Assembly (NCBI GenBank): GCA_900767135.1
Contig: CAAFYU010000005.1
Span: 18,371-82,370, forward strand
DNA: 64,000 bases
From: Candidatus Gastranaerophilales bacterium
GTDB taxonomy: Bacteria > Cyanobacteriota > Vampirovibrionia > Gastranaerophilales > Gastranaerophilaceae
Direction: 5' to 3'
The position numbers and the translations under genes are program-made. Below, in pieces: positions 17,331 to 26,515 of this stretch (within the stretch, counting starts at the first letter, position 1; each line of letters opens with the position of its first letter). The notes under the pieces were generated by a model. The model saw only the letters and a program-made list of their open reading frames with translations. It made no database searches and was not told the DNA's origin.

Positions 17331-20009
17331 CTATTTGCAACCTAGTGGTAATGAGATGTCTTTGGATTGTTTGAACTCAATTACCGCTTGAGCTGCTGCA
17401 AGACGAGCTTGCGGAACTCTGAACGGAGAGCAAGAAACATAATTCAAGCCAATTCTGTGGCAGAATTTTACTGATGCCGGATCTCCACCATGTTCTCCAC
17501 AGATACCACGTTTAAGGTGAGGTCGAACTTTTAGAGCTTTGTCGAGTGCTATTTTCATTAATTGTCCAACACCTTCTTGGTCAAGTGTTGAGAATGGGTT
17601 AGCTGGAAGAATTTTTTGTTCTACATAGTTTTGTAGGAACTTGCCTTCCGCATCATCTCTTGAAAAGCCGAAAGTCATCTGAGTCAAGTCGTTTGTACCG
17701 AATGAGAAAAATTCTGCATATTCTGCAATTTGATCTGCTGTTAGGGCAGCACGAGGAATTTCAATCATTGTACCAAACATATAGTCGACTCTGACGTTCT
17801 TTTCGTCCATAACTTCATTTGCAACACGTTCTAGAACTTCTTTTACGGTTTTAAGTTCATTTACGTGCCCTACAAGTGGAATCATGATTTCAGGTTTAAC
17901 ATCTAAACCTTCTTTTTTCAAGTCGCAAGCTGCATAGAAGATTGCACGAACCTGCATTTCATTGATTTCCGGATAAGTAAGACCAAGACGACAACCTCTA
18001 AGTCCCATCATTGGGTTAGATTCAGACATTGCTTCGACGATGTTTAGAAGCTTTTCATCTTCTTTGTAATCTTCGCCTTTTGCTTTTTTAGTAGCAACTT
18101 TTGCGATAAGTTCTTCCTTATCAGGCAAGAATTCGTGAAGAGGTGGGTCAAGAAGTCTGATTGTCATTGATTTGTCGCCTAATGCTTTAAACATAGCGTG
18201 AAAATCACTGTATTGCATAGGGAGCAAGTGTTCTAGTGCTTCTTTTCGAGCTTCCGGAGTACCTGCAATAATCATTTTTTGAACCCAAGGAAGTCTTTCA
18301 GGATCCATAAACATGTGTTCTGTTCTGCAAAGTCCAACGCCTTCTGCACCAAGTTCCAGAGCTTTTGCAACGTCAGCCGGTGTATCAGCATTTGCACGAA
18401 CGCCTAACAATTTGATATCGTCAACCCATTCGAACAATTTTTTGAAATTGTCGTCCATTGTAGGCGGAACAAGATGAATTGCACCGTCCATAACTTCGCC
18501 AGTACCACCATCTAAGGAGATTACGTCGTTTTTGTGGTAAACAGTTCCGTCACCGGCTGTTAGAGTTTCATTTTTAAGATCAATTGAAAGGTCTTCGCAA
18601 CCTGCAACACAAGGTTTTCCCATACCTTTTGCAACAACGGCTGCGTGAGATGTCATTCCGCCACGAAGAGTTAAAACACCTTGTGACTCAATCATACCAT
18701 GGATATCGTCAGGGCAAGTTTCAATTCTTACCAAGATAACTTTTTCACCTGCTTTGCCTCGTTCTGCTGCTTCTTCGGTGTCAAAAACGATTTTACCTAC
18801 TGCTGCACCAGGGGAAGCTGCAAGACCTTGGGCTATTTTATGTGCTTCTTTTTTAGCTTTCGGGTCAAAGTCAGGAAGTAGTACTTGATATAGTTGATTT
18901 GCATCAACAAGTTCTACTGCTCTTTCTTTGTCTATAATGCCTTCTTCGCACATTTCAACGGCAATTCTGACTGATGCTTTTGCGGTTCTTTTTCCGTTAC
19001 GAGTTTGCAAAATCCACAATTTGCCTCTTTCGATTGTAAATTCCATATCTTGAACATCTTTGTAGCCTTTTTCAAGTTTTTTCGCGATGTCAACGTATTG
19101 CTTGTAAAGTTCAGGCATTTCGTGTTCAAGTTCTGCGATAGGTTTTGGAGTTCTGATACCTGCAACAACGTCTTCACCCTGAGCGTTGGTTAGATATTCC
19201 CCATAGAACTTGTTTTCGCCTGTTGACGGGTTTCTTGTGAAAGAAACACCTGTCGCACAATCGTCGCCCATGTTGCCGAATACCATTGTTTGAACGTTTA
19301 CGGCAGTTCCGTAATTATGGTCGATTTTGTAATGTTCTCTGTATGCAACGGCACGTGGAATATTCCATGAGCGGAATACGGCTTCAATTGATTCTTCAAG
19401 TTGAACGTACGGATCTTGCGGAAAATCTTTGCCTGTTTCTTTTTTGATTAAGTCTTTGTAAGGTTGAATTAAAGATTTCCAGTCGTCTGCTGTCAGGTCT
19501 GTATCTGATTTGTATCCTTTTTCTTCTTTAATTTTGTCTAGGTAGTCTTCAAATTTTTGTCTGTCGATTTCCCAAGCAACAGAGCCGAACATTGTCAAAA
19601 ATCTTCTATATGAGTCATAACAAAATCTCGGATTGTTTGTTAGCTTAATCATACCTTCAACAGTTTGGTCGTTTAAACCTAAGTTAAGGATAGTTTCCAT
19701 CATGCCTGGCATTGAAAGTCTTGCACCTGAACGAACAGAAACTAAAAGCGGGTTTTCAGCATCACCAAATTTTTTCCCTGCTTGTTTTTCAATAGTATGA
19801 AGAGCTTCTCTAACCTCGTCCATAAGCCCTATTGGCATTTTATTGCCATGGTTAATGTAATCCATACAGGTTTCTGTGGTAATCGTAAGCCCCGGTGGAA
19901 CTGGCAAACCTAAATTTGTCATCTCTGCAAGGTTAGCACCTTTGCCACCCAAAAGGTTACGCATATCTGCATTGCCTTCTTTGAACAACCATACACGTTT
20001 TGCACTCAT
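17331..20009 (-). CDS. ppdK: Pyruvate, phosphate dikinase
   Basis: 892 aa. PPDK N-terminus (LFKEGNADMRNLLGGKGANLAEM), phosphohistidine region (GGMTSHAAVVA), PEP-utilising C-terminal domain. Has a ~12 aa C-terminal extension (…KQSKDISLPLGCK). Confidence 0.95.
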   Translation of the reverse strand: MSAKRVWLFKEGNADMRNLLGGKGANLAEMTNLGLPVPPGLTITTETCMDYINHGNKMPIGLMDEVREALHTIEKQAGKKFGDAENPLLVSVRSGARLSMPGMMETILNLGLNDQTVEGMIKLTNNPRFCYDSYRRFLTMFGSVAWEIDRQKFEDYLDKIKEEKGYKSDTDLTADDWKSLIQPYKDLIKKETGKDFPQDPYVQLEESIEAVFRSWNIPRAVAYREHYKIDHNYGTAVNVQTMVFGNMGDDCATGVSFTRNPSTGENKFYGEYLTNAQGEDVVAGIRTPKPIAELEHEMPELYKQYVDIAKKLEKGYKDVQDMEFTIERGKLWILQTRNGKRTAKASVRIAVEMCEEGIIDKERAVELVDANQLYQVLLPDFDPKAKKEAHKIAQGLAASPGAAVGKIVFDTEEAAERGKAGEKVILVRIETCPDDIHGMIESQGVLTLRGGMTSHAAVVAKGMGKPCVAGCEDLSIDLKNETLTAGDGTVYHKNDVISLDGGTGEVMDGAIHLVPPTMDDNFKKLFEWVDDIKLLGVRANADTPADVAKALELGAEGVGLCRTEHMFMDPERLPWVQKMIIAGTPEARKEALEHLLPMQYSDFHAMFKALGDKSMTIRLLDPPLHEFLPDKEELIAKVATKKAKGEDYKEDEKLLNIVEAMSESNPMMGLRGCRLGLTYPEINEMQVRAIFYAACDLKKEGLDVKPEIMIPLVGHVNELKTVKEVLERVANEVMDEKNVRVDYMFGTMIEIPRAALTADQIAEYAEFFSFGTNDLTQMTFGFSRDDAEGKFLQNYVEQKILPANPFSTLDQEGVGQLMKIALDKALKVRPHLKRGICGEHGGDPASVKFCHRIGLNYVSCSPFRVPQARLAAAQAVIEFKQSKDISLPLGCK

Positions 20010-20100
20010 GTTATTCTCCTTTCATATTCATATAATAAACACTTTTGATGTGCGTATTATATCATGAAAAAAGAAATATGTATAGTTTTATTTTAAAAAA

Positions 20101-21732
20101 TTAATTGTGAAAATCTTTTCCGCCAACTATCCGCAAGTGTCTGTTTGTGCCTTCACCAATTGACTTGCTCGTCATATTATGTTGTTCTACAAGTTCGTGT
20201 TGAAGTTTTCTAATATGTTGATTTTGAGGTTGCAATTCAACTGATTCGGTTCCGGCAAGAATTTTATTAATAGCAGCTTTTGCCTCGTCCAAAGCTCTTT
20301 CTGCATCATCATAATATCCGCAAAGAGTTTCAGATGCTTCTGTTATTTGCAATGCCTCTTTCAAAACCTTTTGAATTTGAGCCATAGAATTTGTTTTTAC
20401 ATAAAATATCTGCAACCTGTAATCGTTTGCAGTACTCAAAACTTTTGCTCCACCTTTGATAAAGTTTTTGTGAGCAATAACAATATCTGCCTCATCGAGG
20501 TTACGAGTAATTTCTGCGTTCAAGTTCAAGCGTTCGATTACTTTTTCCACAATCGTTCTTGAAACCGCATAAAGATAAATCTTCTTAAATCCTTTTACTT
20601 CATCTACATATTTTTGTCTTGAAAATGAAAATTTCAAACTGTCCGTATTATGTTCGGGCTGAATTTTTTGTTCCAATTTGTTGATTTCTTTGGGTATATC
20701 AGTAATTGTCGGTTCAGATTTTTGTGGATTTGTCGAAGGCATTTCGCCTTCATAAGACTTATCAACCTTTCTAATCTCTGGTCTAATCGGCCAACCCCTC
20801 AAAATATAATCAACCGCTTCTGCCGTATCTTTATAGACTGCAAGCGTATTTCTGTCTAAAATTTCTATTACAACATCAAAAGTCGGTTGTTTTTCACGCT
20901 CCAAAACCGTTTTTTGGGAAGCCCTACGTTTTGCTTCATCATCACCCAAGGTAACGGATTGAATTCCACCGACCAAATCCGACAATGTCGGGTTTTTGAT
21001 AAGGTTTTCCAAACTATTACCGTGAGCGGTTGCAATCAACATAACCCCACGTTCTGCAATGGTACGTGCGGCTTGTGCTTCTGCCTCTGTACCAATTTCA
21101 TCGACAACGATAACCTCAGGGGTGTGATTTTCAACCGCCTCAATCATAATATCCTTCTGAAATTCGGGCTGAGTAACTTGCATACGACGTGCATGCCCGA
21201 TTGCAGGGTGCGGAGTATCTCCATCGCCCGCAATTTCGTTTGAAGTATCTACAATTACAACTCGTTTCCCAAGTTCATCGGCAACAAGACGAGAAATTTC
21301 TCTTAATTTTGTCGTTTTACCGACACCGGGACGTCCGAGGAACAAAATACTTTTGTTCATCATACAAATATCTTTTATACAAGCAATCGTACCTGTTACA
21401 ACACGACCGATACGGCAAGTTAGGCCAATAACCTTCCCTTGTCTGTTTCTAATCGCACTGATACGGTGAAGAGTTCCGGGAATACCTGACCTATTATCTG
21501 ACGTAAATTCTTGAATTCGACTCGTAATATAATTTATATCTTCATCTGTTACAAACTCGTCGCCAAGATACTCAATCTTCCCGCCGGCATGACGAATTTC
21601 CGGGGTTCTGCCGATATCCAAGACAATTTCAATTACATCTTCCATTTTTTCATAAGAGATGTGCTTTTTTACCTTTTCGGGTAAAACTTCTGTCAATCGG
21701 TCTAAGTCGTTTTGAAATTGTAAGTTGCTCAT
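20101..21732 (-). CDS. Ycf45/SpoIIIAA-like AAA ATPase with an R3H nucleic-acid-binding region
   Basis: Walker A (GRPGVGKTT) and Walker B (VIVVDEIGTEAEA). Domain order matches the cyanobacterial/plastid Ycf45 family. Start trimmed to MSNLQF (ATG at 21732). Confidence 0.65.
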   Translation of the reverse strand: MSNLQFQNDLDRLTEVLPEKVKKHISYEKMEDVIEIVLDIGRTPEIRHAGGKIEYLGDEFVTDEDINYITSRIQEFTSDNRSGIPGTLHRISAIRNRQGKVIGLTCRIGRVVTGTIACIKDICMMNKSILFLGRPGVGKTTKLREISRLVADELGKRVVIVDTSNEIAGDGDTPHPAIGHARRMQVTQPEFQKDIMIEAVENHTPEVIVVDEIGTEAEAQAARTIAERGVMLIATAHGNSLENLIKNPTLSDLVGGIQSVTLGDDEAKRRASQKTVLEREKQPTFDVVIEILDRNTLAVYKDTAEAVDYILRGWPIRPEIRKVDKSYEGEMPSTNPQKSEPTITDIPKEINKLEQKIQPEHNTDSLKFSFSRQKYVDEVKGFKKIYLYAVSRTIVEKVIERLNLNAEITRNLDEADIVIAHKNFIKGGAKVLSTANDYRLQIFYVKTNSMAQIQKVLKEALQITEASETLCGYYDDAERALDEAKAAINKILAGTESVELQPQNQHIRKLQHELVEQHNMTSKSIGEGTNRHLRIVGGKDFHN

Positions 21733-21959
21733 TTTCTTTTCTGCCTTTCTGATATTTTGTATATATAACAAAATAATTATCGGCTGATTACAATTTCGCA
21801 CCCGCAGCGAAACTAATATTTATTTTTTATAAACTCAATTCACCTTTCTATTTATATTATACCACTTTTTTACAAAAATTCATCAATCCAAAGTATTACA
21901 TCAGTAGCAATTTTACATTTTTTAATATTGACTTAATTACACTTATTATTAATTCCCAC

Positions 21960-21989
21960 ATAAAAAAAGAGGTGAATAAATCACCTCTT
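21960..21989 (-). terminator. Rho-independent terminator of ftsZ
   Basis: 9-bp stem AAGAGGTGA/TCACCTCTT followed on the minus strand by a U7 tract. Confidence 0.6.
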
Positions 21990-22023
21990 AAACTTTTTCA
22001 TACTTCACTTCAATTAGTGTGAA

Positions 22024-23217
22024 TTATTTTTTCAAGAAATCTGGAATTTCAATGTTTGTGAAGCTTGAAGAAACTTCCGGCATTGAACTTCTTCTTACTT
22101 GTTGCGATTGAGAAGACATTGCAGAATTTGCACCATTATTGAATGTTCCTGCAAAGAAGTCAGAAGCACTCAATTGCTTAGCACTTGTCTTTTCTTCCGG
22201 TTTTTGTTGGTTTTTCATTTCAAAACCGGTTGCAATAACAGTAATTTGGATTTCTCCTTGAATATTTTCGTTTACGGCAGTACCGATAATAACAGTTGCG
22301 TCGTCATTAACTGCATCATGGATAATATTTGCAGCATCTGAGATTTCGTGCAATGTCATATCAGGTCCACCTGTAATATTAACGATTACGCCAGTTGCTC
22401 CATTGATTGAAGATTCAAGCAATTGTGAATTGATAGCGATTTCAGCAGCTTTAACAGCTCTACCTTCACCTTGACCGCGACCAATACCCATCAATGCAGA
22501 GCCAGAAGCTTGCATTACACACTTAACATCAGCAAAGTCAACGTTGATAAGTCCAGGAACTGTGATGATATCAGAGATACCTTGAACACCTCTCAATAGA
22601 ACTTCGTCAACAATTACGAATGCTTCTGTCAAAGACACTTGTCTATCAACGACTTGCAACAATTTGTCGTTAGGAACAACAATAACAGCATCAACAGCTT
22701 CTCTAAGTTTTTCCAAACCTTGGTTAGCTTGATTTTGTCTTTTACGACCTTCCCAGCTGAAAGGTTTAGTAACAACTGCGATTGTCAAAATACCTAATTC
22801 CTTAGCGATTTTAGCAACAACCGGAGCAGCACCTGTTCCTGTTCCGCCACCCATACCGGCAGTGATAAATACCATATCAGCACCGTCAAGAGCTTCGGTG
22901 ATTTCTTGTTGAGCTTCTTCAGCAGCTTTTTCACCTACCGAAGGATCTCCGCCTGCACCAAGTCCTGATGTAGATTTAGAACCTAATTGAATTCTGTTCT
23001 TTGTTTGACCATATTCCAAAACCTGTAAATCTGTATTCATCAACCAGAATTCTACACCTGATAAACCGGCTTTAATCATTCGATTAACAGCATTTCCGCC
23101 GCCGCCACCTACACCAATAACTTTGATTTTAGTAGGGTTTACAGGAGGTCTTTGAGTTTGATCATTACTTGCTGAATTATCTTTTTTAGCAAAGATGTCT
23201 GATACGAAATTTTCCAC
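22024..23217 (-). CDS. ftsZ: Cell division GTPase FtsZ
   Basis: [13 protein letters not shown] tubulin signature, [13 protein letters not shown]-terminal variable tail. Confidence 0.95.
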   Translation of the reverse strand: MENFVSDIFAKKDNSASNDQTQRPPVNPTKIKVIGVGGGGGNAVNRMIKAGLSGVEFWLMNTDLQVLEYGQTKNRIQLGSKSTSGLGAGGDPSVGEKAAEEAQQEITEALDGADMVFITAGMGGGTGTGAAPVVAKIAKELGILTIAVVTKPFSWEGRKRQNQANQGLEKLREAVDAVIVVPNDKLLQVVDRQVSLTEAFVIVDEVLLRGVQGISDIITVPGLINVDFADVKCVMQASGSALMGIGRGQGEGRAVKAAEIAINSQLLESSINGATGVIVNITGGPDMTLHEISDAANIIHDAVNDDATVIIGTAVNENIQGEIQITVIATGFEMKNQQKPEEKTSAKQLSASDFFAGTFNNGANSAMSSQSQQVRRSSMPEVSSSFTNIEIPDFLKK

Positions 23218-23340
23218 TTTTTTTACCTCTTTATATAATTATAGTATTATCGACTTTATAATATACTAACATACTATTTTAAATAGAAAAAATGTACAAG
23301 AAAATTTGAATAATTATGAACAAAAATTAATAATTTTGAA

Positions 23341-23455
23341 GTGAGTGGTGAATTGTGAGTAGTGAGTAGTTCAAATAGCTCGCGTTGCTCGGAAGTAATT
23401 TCTAGTGCACTAGCACTTGTTATGCTCCATTCACTACTCACAATTCACCACTCAC
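23341..23455. repeat. Second copy of the GTGARTR-heptamer inverted-repeat element: 24-nt perfect arms with a 67-nt centre.
   Basis: 23341-23364 GTGAGTGGTGAATTGTGAGTAGTG is the reverse complement of 23432-23455. Lies between ftsZ and nadK, abutting the nadK stop. Confidence 0.85.
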
Positions 23456-24250
23456 TTATTTAGCATACGCCGGTGGCATTGCCCAATGGAGTTTGTTTTG
23501 TAAAATGGAGTAGAACTCAAAATTTCCTAAAAGGGCTAATTTCGCTGTATAAACAGATTTTTTTATTTCAATTTCATTGTCAAACTCAAAGAGTTCCTGT
23601 CCATCAGTAGAAAGCACATACTTTGATTTTTTATCAGTACAAACTGTAATTTTTTCACAATCCGGCACTACAATTGGTCTTGCAGTAAGCGTATGCGGAC
23701 AAATTGGAACAATTACAAAAGCATTTAACGACGGAGCCAAAACTGGCCCCCCTGCTGAAAGCCCGTAAGCCGTAGAGCCGGTCGGTGTTGAAACAATAAT
23801 TCCGTCCGCCAAATAATCACAAACAAATTTGTCATTAATCTTCAATGAAAAACTCGACGTCCTTCCAAAGTCACAACCCTTAATAACAAAATCATTCAGT
23901 GCCGTAAAATTTCCGCTTTCAAGCATTATTCTATCTTCAATAATATATTCATTTGCCAAAATTTTATCGACAGATTTTTCTATTTCCTCTTTTGAAGACT
24001 GAGAAAGAAACCCTAAACGTCCAAGATTTACCCCAAAAACGGGAGTTTTAAACTTTGCATAAAACCTAGCCGTCTTTAAAATCGTACCATCACCCCCGAT
24101 TACAAAGACGAAATCAAACCCTCCTTTAAGGTTATCAATATCTAATATTTGAGCTGTAACACCTTTTTGGGCAAGGATTTGAGCCAATTTATCCTTGATT
24201 TCTACCGAATGTAATATTTCCTGATTGTAGCAAATTGCAAAGTTTTTCAT
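23456..24250 (-). CDS. nadK: NAD(+) kinase
   Basis: GGDGTIL, NLGRLGFL and DGIIVSTPTGSTAYGLSAGGP motifs. Confidence 0.85.
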   Translation of the reverse strand: MKNFAICYNQEILHSVEIKDKLAQILAQKGVTAQILDIDNLKGGFDFVFVIGGDGTILKTARFYAKFKTPVFGVNLGRLGFLSQSSKEEIEKSVDKILANEYIIEDRIMLESGNFTALNDFVIKGCDFGRTSSFSLKINDKFVCDYLADGIIVSTPTGSTAYGLSAGGPVLAPSLNAFVIVPICPHTLTARPIVVPDCEKITVCTDKKSKYVLSTDGQELFEFDNEIEIKKSVYTAKLALLGNFEFYSILQNKLHWAMPPAYAK

Positions 24251-24558
24251 AACCTTGTTATAACATAAGTTCTTAATTTGAGCAAGATTATAGAAGCAAG
24301 CCAGAAACTCTTGTCATTCGTACCTTTTAAAAAAATGTTAAGTTTTGTTACTATAAAAAATCCCAAAAAAGCAATTCTCAACTCAAAAAAGTTTTTATAT
24401 TAGTACAAGGGGAAAATTAATCACTTTAATCTAACAATTAAGTATTTTGCAAATGACTTTGAATGATTGCAAACAGTTGAGTTTATTATTCAAAGACGTT
24501 GCGGAAGGCTAATTTCATCTTGGTAAAAATGTAAGAAAACGAGGAAAAGGGGAAAATT

Positions 24559-25854
24559 ATGAGTTTAGACGGAAAAATCAATTACAATTACGCAGGGTAT
24601 CAATTAAAATTTGATCCATCAAAAACAAGTTCAACAATTATGGACTTTAACACTCCAAAACCAAAAGTACAACAAGCAAAGTACACAAACACACAAATCG
24701 GAAATATTTGGGGACAACCGACAAGCAGGATATACACATCTAGTCAAAATGCAGCTCCTGTGTTTAGTCAATATACAACTCCGACTTTAAGTCAAAATGC
24801 AGCTCCAATATTCAACCAACAGCCAAAGGTATACACACCTGTTCAGAATACAGCACCTTTGTTTAGTCAATATACGACTCCTACATTAAGTCAAAATACG
24901 GCTCCGATATTCAATCAACCGACAAACACTCTTAATGTTCAGCCACCACTAACACAATCAACAAATCTCACATCAAATATACCGGCAAAACCACAGAATG
25001 CATATTCAGGTAGTTTACCACCAGTTAAGAATGGGGATATGTATGGCAAATTTTTAGCCCAAAATCCAGTTCCACAAGCTACACCAATTCAACTTATAGA
25101 TGAAAATAAAGCAGTAGCAGACAAACCTATTACAGGTGACACTGATGCCGGCAAACAAGCTAAACCTAAAAAAGTAAAAACAGCTGAACAACGTGCAGCA
25201 CAGTTAAGAAAAATCAGAAGCAACCCAAGAGCAAGATCTCTATATAAAAGATTAAAATTAAAAAACAATCCGGAACTTGCAAGCAGATATGAAAATTATT
25301 GCAAATCCGTAAAAAATTCTAACAAACTAAAAGGTTTGAAAAAAGCAGGTAAATGGGGTGCACTTGCAGCCTTGGCAATTGGTACAGTTGCAGTAGCAGT
25401 TCAAGCTTGCAAAGGCGACAAAAAAGACGACGCCGTAAAACCGGAAACAACACAACCGGTAGCAGACACACAAACTCCGGCAGAACCGGCAAAACCAGCA
25501 GAAGAAACTCCTGCAACACCAGCTCCGGCACCAACAGAGCCTGAAACTCCTGTCGAACAAACAAATCCGGTAGCACCTGTCGAAATAGGCGTTGGCGAAT
25601 TCAATGACGGCAAATATAAGGTTAAAAAAGGTGATACTTTCTGGAATATCGCAGAAAAAAATCTAATTGAAGAATACAAAAAAGCTCAAACTGCTAAAAA
25701 TGAAGCAATTGACGAAAATTACAAACCAACAGATGCAGAAATCTTGAAAGAAACTGAAAGATTAGTTGCGAAGAACAAATATGAATTTGACGAAAAACAT
25801 TGGAATACAACAAAACCGATTTATGAAGGCGACATCTTAAATATTGCAGCGTAA
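24559..25854 (+). CDS. Membrane-anchored protein with an N-terminal Q/N/T/P-rich repeat region, one TM helix, a Pro/Glu/Thr-rich linker and a C-terminal LysM-like peptidoglycan-binding domain
   Basis: Tandem ~30-aa repeats (YTTPTLSQNAAPIFNQ...). TM segment WGALAALAIGTVAVAV. C-terminal YKVKKGDTFWNIAEKNL...IYEGDILNI resembles LysM. Confidence 0.55.
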   Translation: MSLDGKINYNYAGYQLKFDPSKTSSTIMDFNTPKPKVQQAKYTNTQIGNIWGQPTSRIYTSSQNAAPVFSQYTTPTLSQNAAPIFNQQPKVYTPVQNTAPLFSQYTTPTLSQNTAPIFNQPTNTLNVQPPLTQSTNLTSNIPAKPQNAYSGSLPPVKNGDMYGKFLAQNPVPQATPIQLIDENKAVADKPITGDTDAGKQAKPKKVKTAEQRAAQLRKIRSNPRARSLYKRLKLKNNPELASRYENYCKSVKNSNKLKGLKKAGKWGALAALAIGTVAVAVQACKGDKKDDAVKPETTQPVADTQTPAEPAKPAEETPATPAPAPTEPETPVEQTNPVAPVEIGVGEFNDGKYKVKKGDTFWNIAEKNLIEEYKKAQTAKNEAIDENYKPTDAEILKETERLVAKNKYEFDEKHWNTTKPIYEGDILNIAA

Positions 25855-25898
25855 ATATAGAATATAGAAAAAGAAAGAAAGGTTAAAAAGGTGATGTT

Positions 25899-26405
25899 AT
25901 GGCAATTAACGGAAATTATGTTCAAAGTTTTACTTCGGCACACATGCCAAAATTCAATGGCAATTCGACATTAGCACATTATAATTTTGCAAATGCACAG
26001 TCGACACAGCACTTTCCAAAAGCAACAGCTCCAAAAATTACAGCTCCCAAAATTACAGCTCCAACAGGAGCAGCAGCGGGTGCAGCACATGCTCCACAAA
26101 CAGTAGCAACTGTAAAACCAACAGGAGCAGGCATAATGGCTCAAATAAAAGATAAATTTTCACAAGTTTATCAGTCCGTAAAAAAACAAGTTACAAAAGG
26201 TTTAGAATATTTGAAAAACAAGACAGGTATAAACGCAGAAACTGTTAAAAACAAATCGAAAGACTTAACAAAATCTGCTAAGGGATTGTGGTCAAAACTC
26301 AAAACCTCTATCCAGAAAAACCCTAGTAAATGGGGTGTTGGAGCAGCAGTTACTGCATTAGCACTATTGGTAATGTCTTCTATCAAAGGAAACGCCAATG
26401 ACTAA
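25899..26405 (+). CDS. Hypothetical protein with a Pro/Ala repeat (APKITAPKITAP) and a C-terminal TM helix (tail-anchored-like)
   Basis: 168 aa ORF with an AAAGGTGA RBS. A perfect hairpin terminator follows. Confidence 0.45.
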   Translation: MAINGNYVQSFTSAHMPKFNGNSTLAHYNFANAQSTQHFPKATAPKITAPKITAPTGAAAGAAHAPQTVATVKPTGAGIMAQIKDKFSQVYQSVKKQVTKGLEYLKNKTGINAETVKNKSKDLTKSAKGLWSKLKTSIQKNPSKWGVGAAVTALALLVMSSIKGNAND

Positions 26406-26442
26406 AATCTAAATTCTAAAATTTAAACAATTTTAGTAAAAA

Positions 26443-26470
26443 ATCCCCCAAAATTTTGGGGGATTTTATT
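26443..26470 (+). terminator. Rho-independent terminator
   Basis: Perfect 11-bp palindrome ATCCCCCAAAA/TTTTGGGGGAT followed by a T-run. Confidence 0.75.
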
Positions 26471-26515
26471 TAAATATTAAACATCTGCATAATAAACGAA
26501 AAGATATTTTCTCTA

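Noticed and set aside
25319-25679. Cluster of overlapping ORFs on both strands, including Arg/Cys-rich ones, in the track
   Set aside because: All lie inside the Pro/Glu/Thr-rich linker coding region of the LysM protein gene (24559-25854). Biased composition yields open frames in every phase.
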